Assembly: GCA_049315325.1 (NCBI GenBank)
Contig: JBMOKJ010000003.1
Location: 30,913-54,912, forward strand
Length of the DNA: 24,000 nt
From: Bacteroidales bacterium
GTDB taxonomy: Bacteria; Bacteroidota; Bacteroidia; Bacteroidales; UBA7332
Direction: 5' to 3'
A program made the position numbers and the translations under genes. Position 1 is the first letter of the stretch. Every line of letters starts with the position of its first letter. Below the pieces are notes generated by a model. The model was not told the DNA's origin. It did not search any database and worked only from the letters and a program-made list of their open reading frames with translations. This document shows positions 16,648 to 23,147 of this stretch, one piece after another.

Positions 16648-16655
16648 CAAATATA
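16648..16655 (-). promoter_or_regulatory. Possible -7 box (TATATTTG on minus strand) for the T9SS-cargo gene
   Basis: The plus strand reads CAAATATA, about 190 nt upstream of the ATG. I found no TAnnTTTG match closer to the start. This position would put the GGAAT palindromes in the leader. Confidence 0.25.
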
Positions 16656-16859
16656 CAAATTATCATAAAACCATCAAATAGAATTTTAGAATTGGGTGTA
16701 GATTGGCAATTATTTATCGAAATAGGGGTGATATGTTAAGAAAATGAGTTCTTTATTTACACCATTTGTTTAACATTTCCATGAACTCATTCATTTTTCT
16801 GGGCAATTAGGTTTGGTAAACGCTAAGTTCTTATCTCAGCTTAGTGTAAGTCTATGTTG

Positions 16860-17211
16860 TTGAGGTTGTATTCTATTATTTGTCTGCTACAATCGAACGG
16901 ATGCGACCTCAATATTCGTTGTTCGTCCTCCACAAATGGTCGTTTGTGACCTCAAACCCGTGTGTTTGTCTTGCTCAATTCATCTGTATTGAGGTCAATC
17001 TCGGTGTTTTGTCTTCTTAAAAAGTCGGTTTTGACCTCGTATCTTACTATTTGCCTTGCTCAATGGATGGGTTTTGAGGTCAATCACTATCATATTTCTT
17101 GAAAAATAGGTGGATTCTACCTCAATCATAAGCATTTATTTGCGATGAAATGGCGGTTTTGAGGTCAATTACTATCGTTTGTAGTAATCAAAATGCCGAT
17201 GTCAAGGTCGA
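16860..17211. repeat. Array of nine TTGA-SS-TCAA sites at a 42-43 bp period (non-coding)
   Basis: 10-mer starts: 16860 TTGAGGTtgt, 16903 gcGACCTCAA, 16946 gTGACCTCAA, 16989 TTGAGGTCAA, 17031 TTGACCTCgt, 17074 TTGAGGTCAA, 17116 TctACCTCAA, 17159 TTGAGGTCAA, 17202 TcaAGGTCgA. A G/T-rich run such as GGTTTT precedes most copies (clearest at 17031, 17074 and 17159). No credible ORF covers the region. Confidence 0.8.
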
Positions 17212-17320
17212 TAGTTGGTATAAGTGCAACACTGTTTATTGATCTCACAGATAATGCTGCATATTCTTTCTTGCAGTGGGGAGTGGTTTAGTTTCATTTG
17301 ATTTTGACTTTCTCGAAGTA

Positions 17321-17380
17321 CTGACAGATTTGGCAGATTTCTGACAGTTTGGCAGATGTGGTTTGTCAGATTTCTGACAC
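17321..17380. promoter_or_regulatory. Cluster of helically phased TCTGACA/TGTCAGA half-sites forming two 16-bp palindromes (enhancer/UAS-like)
   Basis: CTGACAG 17321, TGGCAGA 17331, CTGACAG 17341, TGGCAGA 17350, TGTCAGA 17364, CTGACAC 17374. The palindromes are TGGCAGATTTCTGACA (17331-17346, one mismatch) and TGTCAGATTTCTGACA (17364-17379, perfect), with centres 33 bp apart. Confidence 0.5.
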
Positions 17381-17532
17381 GCTCGAGTTGTCGCAAATTC
17401 TAAACATAGAATCATTCTATTTTACATACTTCAACTATTTTATTAAAGTATCAGACTATCAGCTAAATACGATTGGGTGTTTGTGAGTTTTACGTGCTTG
17501 AAATTAAAATATATTGTGTTTATTTCACACTT

Positions 17533-17548
17533 TGGCACACCGTTTGAT
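17533..17548 (+). promoter_or_regulatory. Sigma-54-like -24/-12 element TGGCAC-ACCGT-TTGAT
   Basis: Perfect -24 TGGCAC with correct 5-nt spacing to TTGA (consensus TTGC, so one mismatch in the -12 GC). It lies 182 nt upstream of the ATG at 17730, and I found no TAnnTTTG box between 17400 and 17730. Confidence 0.35.
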
Positions 17549-17729
17549 AATATGCTGATAGACATTTCTGACGACGGATTTGAAAACCTCGGGGGATGTT
17601 TATGTCGAAACTATGTGCGTGAGATAGCATGTAAACTCTTGAAAAGCGCAACAGGCAGTTTGATTGGTTTATCCGCTCCGCACGATAGCAAAACGGCATC
17701 TAATTATTTATTTTAAAAAACTTTTTACA

Positions 17730-18524
17730 ATGAGAAAATTTATTACTTATGTTTCGTTTGCCAGGTTGGCCAATCTAGAATTTATGCGATTGGTGATGAA
17801 GCTGGTGCATGTGGTTGCCAAACACGATCCGGCAGCCCTCAAAATTGAAGGAGTGTATAACTTGTTGGTGGCTTTACTCCCCAAGCTGAAAACCCTACAA
17901 GTGAAATCGAGTAAACATCCGAACAGCACGGAGCTAAAGGTTTTGCGACTAAAACGTCGAAGCCTGTTGGTGGTGATTACGGGTAAAATGCGTCTGCTGC
18001 CCAAGGCTCAGGTAGATGTGTTGAGTGCACCTTCTGCTTTGGTATTGCCGCTGCTCGAGAAGTATCTCAAAAACATCGTGGCCGACAAGCTGAATACGCA
18101 GTCGGAGAAAATCAACGAACTGTTTGATGAGTTGAACGGCAATGCGGCGGTGAATGCGGCACTTGCGACCCTCGGTCTGAAGCCTTATTTCGATGAGTTG
18201 AAAGCGATACAAAGCTCTATTGAGCAGACGGGCGACGCGCAGTTGGAAAATAAATCGGTAAAAAAATTGAAGGTGTTGAATCACGAGATCAGAGCTGAGT
18301 TGTACGATGCGATGACAGATTTGTTCAATGCTATCGAAATTGCCAAAAAAGAGAACAAAGAGTTGGACTACACTGCGCTAATCAGTGAGGTGAACGAATT
18401 GTTGAAGCCTTACCAGACGGACATTAAATCGCGCAGCACGCGTTCGAAAAATGCGTTATTAGCTGCTGATAAGTCAGACGCAGAAATTGCTGCATCACCT
18501 ACCACCGATAGCTTGGCGGTGTAG
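17730..18524 (+). CDS. Alpha-helical hypothetical protein, DUF6261-like (assignment from memory of the family pattern)
   Basis: Start set at MRKFITY (ATG 17730). The N-terminus SFARLANLEFMRLVMKLVHVVAKHDPAALKIEGVYNLLVALL resembles the ..L.RLRN.EHFQF....L.....P.ALKI..L...L motif I recall for the Bacteroidota DUF6261 family. The rest is predicted helical or coiled, with no catalytic motifs. Confidence 0.55.
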   Translation: MRKFITYVSFARLANLEFMRLVMKLVHVVAKHDPAALKIEGVYNLLVALLPKLKTLQVKSSKHPNSTELKVLRLKRRSLLVVITGKMRLLPKAQVDVLSAPSALVLPLLEKYLKNIVADKLNTQSEKINELFDELNGNAAVNAALATLGLKPYFDELKAIQSSIEQTGDAQLENKSVKKLKVLNHEIRAELYDAMTDLFNAIEIAKKENKELDYTALISEVNELLKPYQTDIKSRSTRSKNALLAADKSDAEIAASPTTDSLAV

Positions 18525-18530
18525 GATTTG

Positions 18531-18611
18531 ATTCTTATTCCCTTTTTTAATTGATTGCCCCACATGCCTGTTTGTGGGGCTTTTTTTGATTAGTATAATC
18601 ACGGTAGGCAG
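18531..18611. repeat. Direct repeat of about 75-80 bp, copy 1 (contains the terminator)
   Basis: CTTATTCCCTTTTTTAATTGATTGCCCCACATGCCTGTTTGTGGGGCTTTTTTTGATTAGTATAATCACGGTAGGCAG aligns with 21312-21387 at roughly three quarters identity by eye. Confidence 0.6.
18557..18587 (+). terminator. Rho-independent terminator
   Basis: Stem GCCCCACA / TGTGGGGC, 8-nt loop, followed by T7. It starts 33 nt after the stop at 18524. Confidence 0.85.
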
Positions 18612-18729
18612 AATAGCAAGATCTGAGGGCTATGTGGAACTACACATGACAATTAATACATTTTTTGGCAAATATTCTCATAAAAACCAAAATGATTAGT
18701 AGAGCTCATCTTATAGCCAACTCAATTAG

Positions 18730-18737
18730 TAACTTTG
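18730..18737 (+). promoter_or_regulatory. Possible -7 box (TAACTTTG) far upstream of the histidine kinase
   Basis: It matches TAnnTTTG but lies 316 nt upstream of the ATG at 19053, which would imply a long leader. Confidence 0.25.
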
Positions 18738-19052
18738 CTTTATTTGTGATTATAAATTTCTAAGTCGCACCTCTATTTTTAATTTTACACATCAAAGCCA
18801 CAAGAATAGTCTGAAAAATAGTCGTGTTTTTTTTGAAAGAAAATTGTTTTAATTTTGTTATATCGAAAAAAACGATTTGTTAAATTTCTTTTGCACGGTT
18901 TCTTTTTGTTTTTACGCATTTGAATTATATCGTTTAACAAATGATCAATTCTTGCAGAGTTGAAGTTTGATTGAGCTTGTTCAATGCTTTATTTTTATTG
19001 TATTATTTTGTTTTTCTGCTAAATATCAATTTGATTATCATTTAATTTTCTT

Positions 19053-21155
19053 ATGAATAAGTCTTTGAAAGAATTTGATCTTGGTAAAAAAAAGTGGTTT
19101 CTTTTTTTGATTTTAATGATTGCTACCTTTCATCATGGTTTTGGAAAGAATATAATGAAAAATTCTATCCTTGAACAGAAATTGGCTAAATGCCTACAAC
19201 TAATTCAGAATCAGAAATACAGTGAATTACTTCCTATTGCACGTGCAGGTGCAGCAATGAGCGGAACTAATTTAGAGAAACTATCATCTTTTTACTATTA
19301 TGAAGGATGTGCGTTTCAATTTTCTGAAAAACTAAATGATTCGGCCACTTATTGTTTCGAAAAAAGTTTGTATTTTTCAAAAAAATCTAACTTCGTAGGT
19401 CAACTGGCAATAACCAGTCGTCAGTTAATGTTTTTGTATTATATTCAAAATGAAAGAAAGAAACAGACTTTATTGGCAGAAATTCTTCAATCGATTTACA
19501 AAAAAACAACCAATAAAAAGATTTGTGCATCTTTACTTTATGCTATCTGCGATTACGATTTATATAACGAGCACTTTGATACTTTTACCAATCATGCATT
19601 AGACTGCATCAATCTGCTTCAATCCGACACCGTTATCACGCCTCAATCTAGAAAAGATATAGGTGGACTGTATATCAAAATATCGCGTTCTTTTGATAGT
19701 ATGCATCAACTTGATAAGGCGATTGAGTATTGTCAGTTGGCTGAAAATCAGTTTGAATCTTTAGATCTGGAAGAAATTTCTATAACCAATAATCTATTTG
19801 TCCGTTATTATGTGCAGAAAGGAAGCATTGAAAAAGCGCTGTTATATCTTTCGAAAATTGAAGCTCTAAATACAAATTCTTCGTTTAAAGAACTAGCTTT
19901 GGGCAATTCTTATAATTGTTTGGCTGAATACTACATTAAGGTAAATAATCTAAATCAATCGATGAGTTTTTCGAAAAAAGCGATTAAATTTAGTGAGTTG
20001 TCGAAGGATGGAGAATTATTATCGATAGCCAAAGTGCTATTTGCGAAAATATTATACTATAAGAAAGAATACGACAAAGCCATTTTGGTTCTAAAAGCAG
20101 TCGAATATGAAACAAAAAAATACAACAAACAAACTTATTTATTTTTGACAGATATTCTTGCAAAGTGTTATAAAGCAAAAGGCGATTACAGAAATGCATC
20201 CATTTATCAAGATAAAACATCGCTGCTTAACGATTCAATATTGAAAGCATCTTCAAATGAAAATATAGCCAAAGCCGAAGCAACTTTTCAAAATAAACTG
20301 AAACAGGAGAAGATAAATTCCTTGATTGCACAGAACAAAATAGCTACTTTGGAAAAAATGGAGGCAAAATCAAAATTATTGGTTCTTCTTTTGTGTATGA
20401 TTATTGCAATGTTGGTGGGAGGGGCACTATACTTTCAGGGTAGAAATCGAAAAAAAGCTAACGTCCGTTTACAAAAGCTTAATGATGAGTTGGACGAGGC
20501 CAATCGAGTTAAGATGCGATTTTTTGGCATACTTAATCACGACTTGCGAAGTCCGCTTTCTAATTTGATTCAAATAATTGAGCTAAAAAACTCAGAATCT
20601 GAATTAATTGATAGACCTACAATGTCTCGATTGGAGCAGAGTGCGCTACTATCGGCAACAAATTTACTAACGTCGATGGAGGATATGCTTTTGTGGGGAA
20701 AAGGGCAGATGAGCAATTTTGAGCCCCATATAGAAGTTGTTTCAGTGGGAGATTTGTTTAGCTACATTGCTACATACTTCGAAAGTGAAAAAGAGGTGTC
20801 GTTTCAGTTTGAAGATTACGAAAGTTTATTGGTGACAACCGACGAAAATATTTTGAAGACCATTCTTCGCAATCTTACATCTAATGCGATTAAAGCTTTA
20901 AAAACAACAGAAACCCCGCTGATAATCTGGAAGGCTTGGAAGCAAGAAAACTGCATTTGTCTTTCGATTACCGACAATGGTCCAGGTATTTCTAATAATC
21001 AACTTAAAGCACTTTATAATGTGAATGAAGTAATTGGTGTGAAAAATGGTTTAGGGCTTCATCTGATACGAGATCTGACCGTATTATTATCTTGCCAGAT
21101 TGAGCTTGAAAGTAACAATTCTATTGGCACTTCTTTTGTCTTGAAATTTAACTGA
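19053..21155 (+). CDS. TPR-repeat sensor histidine kinase (orphan; no response regulator adjacent)
   Basis: 700 aa. N-terminal signal/TM (WFLFLILMIATF), ~400-aa TPR-like helical region, coiled coil, TM LLVLLLCMIIAMLVGGALYF. HisKA H-box FFGILNHDLRSPLSNL. HATPase N-box LRNLTSNAIKA, G1 DNGPGI, G2 GLGLHL. Confidence 0.85.
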   Translation: MNKSLKEFDLGKKKWFLFLILMIATFHHGFGKNIMKNSILEQKLAKCLQLIQNQKYSELLPIARAGAAMSGTNLEKLSSFYYYEGCAFQFSEKLNDSATYCFEKSLYFSKKSNFVGQLAITSRQLMFLYYIQNERKKQTLLAEILQSIYKKTTNKKICASLLYAICDYDLYNEHFDTFTNHALDCINLLQSDTVITPQSRKDIGGLYIKISRSFDSMHQLDKAIEYCQLAENQFESLDLEEISITNNLFVRYYVQKGSIEKALLYLSKIEALNTNSSFKELALGNSYNCLAEYYIKVNNLNQSMSFSKKAIKFSELSKDGELLSIAKVLFAKILYYKKEYDKAILVLKAVEYETKKYNKQTYLFLTDILAKCYKAKGDYRNASIYQDKTSLLNDSILKASSNENIAKAEATFQNKLKQEKINSLIAQNKIATLEKMEAKSKLLVLLLCMIIAMLVGGALYFQGRNRKKANVRLQKLNDELDEANRVKMRFFGILNHDLRSPLSNLIQIIELKNSESELIDRPTMSRLEQSALLSATNLLTSMEDMLLWGKGQMSNFEPHIEVVSVGDLFSYIATYFESEKEVSFQFEDYESLLVTTDENILKTILRNLTSNAIKALKTTETPLIIWKAWKQENCICLSITDNGPGISNNQLKALYNVNEVIGVKNGLGLHLIRDLTVLLSCQIELESNNSIGTSFVLKFN

Positions 21156-21311
21156 TGGTTCAATGCAATCTTTATTTATGTTTCAGAAGTCAAATAGTAT
21201 GTTCATAGGCAGCGAATAGTTTTTAAAGCTAGTTTTCGCTATTTATAATCTTGATGGAATTCTTTTTTATGGTTCTTAATAATGTTTTGGAAAAGTTAAA
21301 AAGAAGGAGAG

Positions 21312-21387
21312 TATCCTTATTTCCGTTTTAATTAGATTGCTCCACTACTGTTTGCGGGGCTTTTTTTGTTTAGCATTAACAGGCAGG
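21312..21387. repeat. Direct repeat of about 75-80 bp, copy 2
   Basis: CCTTATTTCCGTTTTAATTAGATTGCTCCACTACTGTTTGCGGGGCTTTTTTTGTTTAGCATTAACAGGCAGG. It shares CTGTTTG and GGGGCTTTTTTTG with copy 1. Confidence 0.6.
21339..21367 (+). terminator. Probable rho-independent terminator (degenerate stem)
   Basis: GCTCC...GGGGC stem with a G-T wobble, followed by T7. It is homologous to the 18557-18587 terminator but the stem is weaker. Confidence 0.45.
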
Positions 21388-21470
21388 AGGTTATATTGTG
21401 TTGGATACAATAGTCCATGAACCCACTTGTCGGAGAAGTAGAGAGTGATTATTGCATAATAACACCTTTT

Positions 21471-22421
21471 TTAATTGGCTTTCAATATCTCTTTCAAAGC
21501 TAATGAATATTTCAATTCCATTGGTATCACTTTATGAGGTGCTACACCTTTATCTTCAATTAAATTATGCTCTACGTCGGCTTCTTGCCACGTTGAAATC
21601 GTATAGCTCCACCCATTATCAAGCACGAAATTCTCAGGAAACCCTGATGCTCCACCAGTATTGACTCCAATAAGTGTGCAACCGGGTATTGATTTTAGCA
21701 TCAAGGCAAAAGCTTCGGTAGAACTGAAACAATTGGCATTGATAATAGTCACTAATGGTTTAGAATAAAAGATGCAATGATCGGGTACTAATTTGGCATT
21801 TACCCAGTCGGTAAAGTGATTTCGACCTTCTCCTGTTGTGTAACGGACTGACTTAAATGTTATCGTATCTTTTACAAATCGTTGCACAAAATTCCTTGCA
21901 TACTTTTCGTTGCCACCATAGTTATCAGATAGGTCTACAATTAACCCTTTTGATTTTGAAATATTATTCCAAAACCGATTATTAAAGATTATTTCAGCAC
22001 CAAGACTTTTAATTCTTAGTAGCAGGACGCTATCACTGTTCATCAACATATCTGCCGCTTTGTTTGTGAAAACAACAGTTGGGAATAATTTCTTGAAACC
22101 CTCTTCTTTACTTGTATTCTGAAGTTTTGAATAACGATAAACCCCATAAGAAGTAGTCAACGAAACATGACAATCCTTTAGACAGCCAATGACTTCGGCG
22201 AATAAGAGCGCCTCTTTTTTAGCAGTAAGTCTTTTCGAAAATTTAGTAGAGTACACTTTTTTGATAGAATCCCAATCAATGTTTTTTTCTTTAAAATAGG
22301 AATAATTCAAATCAAAATCGCTCCAAAGTTTTTGAAACCTTGAATTTGCAATCTGCTCATTTTGGCTGTAACAAGCAATGGCACTAACCCAAATCAGTAA
22401 AGTCAAAATCCTCAAATTCAT
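21471..22421 (-). CDS. S41-family peptidase-like protein (short, PDZ-less subgroup)
   Basis: Start set at MNLRILTLLIWVSAIACYSQ (signal peptide, ATG 22421). GLIVDLSDNYGGN matches the S41 DLRxNxGG motif. Ser context INANCFSSTEAFALML, followed by IGVNTGGASG. Paralogous to 23148-24000. Confidence 0.7.
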   Translation of the reverse strand: MNLRILTLLIWVSAIACYSQNEQIANSRFQKLWSDFDLNYSYFKEKNIDWDSIKKVYSTKFSKRLTAKKEALLFAEVIGCLKDCHVSLTTSYGVYRYSKLQNTSKEEGFKKLFPTVVFTNKAADMLMNSDSVLLLRIKSLGAEIIFNNRFWNNISKSKGLIVDLSDNYGGNEKYARNFVQRFVKDTITFKSVRYTTGEGRNHFTDWVNAKLVPDHCIFYSKPLVTIINANCFSSTEAFALMLKSIPGCTLIGVNTGGASGFPENFVLDNGWSYTISTWQEADVEHNLIEDKGVAPHKVIPMELKYSLALKEILKAN

Positions 22422-22428
22422 GATAGTA

Positions 22429-23124
22429 TTAGTTATTTTTTTTTTCGAATTTAAGATCGCAGCAGCACGCTCCATTTGCTAAAGTGCCTTGCCGACTGTA
22501 TTTGATTCCGTATTTCTCGAAATAGAGTGGATACGCCAAGTCATCGGCATAACAATTTGGAATGCAAGCTTCGGGCACGACCATTTTCGTTGCTAGTTCG
22601 AGCCATATACACCATCGTATATCCAACTGAAAAACATCTTTGTTGTTCTTGGTCAGATGCATATCTAGGCAACCGGCTTTGCGACATGATTCTGGCAGTG
22701 GCGCGAAATAGTTTCGGAAAAATTCAAAATTATTGCCGTATTCATCTATAGCCTCTTGTTCGGGTGTAGACTTGGAGAAAGCTTCCACCACGGTGGCCTC
22801 CATTACACGTTTCATAATATCGATAGCACGCGCAGTATTCAATACTTTCGATAAAGCAGAGAACATCGAAATATATTCCAATTGCTGATTTAGAAATGCC
22901 ATATTGGTCATTCCTCTAGCTTTAATATCCGAAAGATCTAGTTTTTGAGCTTTTCGATTCTCCTTGTAATACAAGAATACCAATTTCAGCTTTTGCATAA
23001 AAGAGAGCTCTTGAAATATTATCTTTTGCGAAACGGCTTTTAGTTTTTTCTTAAAGGTATCGTCCCAATTAGCCTCTAAATCGCTGATTGCAATACCATA
23101 TCCTTTCACTTCTTCTATTTTCAT
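22429..23124 (-). CDS. Cys-rich protein resembling the ATC_hydrolase (L-2-amino-thiazoline-4-carboxylic acid hydrolase, PF14196) family
   Basis: 231 aa, no signal peptide. The C-terminus CIWLELATKMVVPEACIPNCYADDLAYPLYFEKYGIKYSRQGTLANGACCCDLKF fits my recollection of the family end motif (C...C..D.......R..TL..G...CDFRF). Confidence 0.45.
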   Translation of the reverse strand: MKIEEVKGYGIAISDLEANWDDTFKKKLKAVSQKIIFQELSFMQKLKLVFLYYKENRKAQKLDLSDIKARGMTNMAFLNQQLEYISMFSALSKVLNTARAIDIMKRVMEATVVEAFSKSTPEQEAIDEYGNNFEFFRNYFAPLPESCRKAGCLDMHLTKNNKDVFQLDIRWCIWLELATKMVVPEACIPNCYADDLAYPLYFEKYGIKYSRQGTLANGACCCDLKFEKKNN

Positions 23125-23147
23125 ACTTTTTGTGTGCGTGTTGTTAT

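Noticed and set aside
16362-16739. 125-aa plus-strand ORF overlapping the 5' end of the T9SS-type gene
   Set aside because: It is antisense to the signal-peptide region, then runs through the poly-T tract and palindromes. The hydrophobic, F/I-rich translation is typical of AT-rich non-coding DNA.
16860-17211. Whether the periodic repeat array is a CRISPR array
   Set aside because: The 42-43 bp period is too short for repeat plus spacer. The conserved core is only about 10-20 bp and degenerate. The centre flips GG/CC. No cas genes or leader are present.
17331-17346. Reading TGGCAGATTTCTGACA itself as a sigma-54 promoter
   Set aside because: The -24 TGGCA is present, but the -12 position reads CTGAC instead of TTGC. 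The sequence is better explained as a dyad-symmetric binding site repeated 33 bp away.
17202-17716. ORFs 17202-17396 (-) and 17477-17716 (+) in the repeat-laden gap
   Set aside because: The first is a translation of the phased TCTGACA repeats (VRNLTNHICQTVRNLPNL). The second starts at GTG, has no upstream signals and covers the predicted promoter and leader. Neither looks like a real protein.
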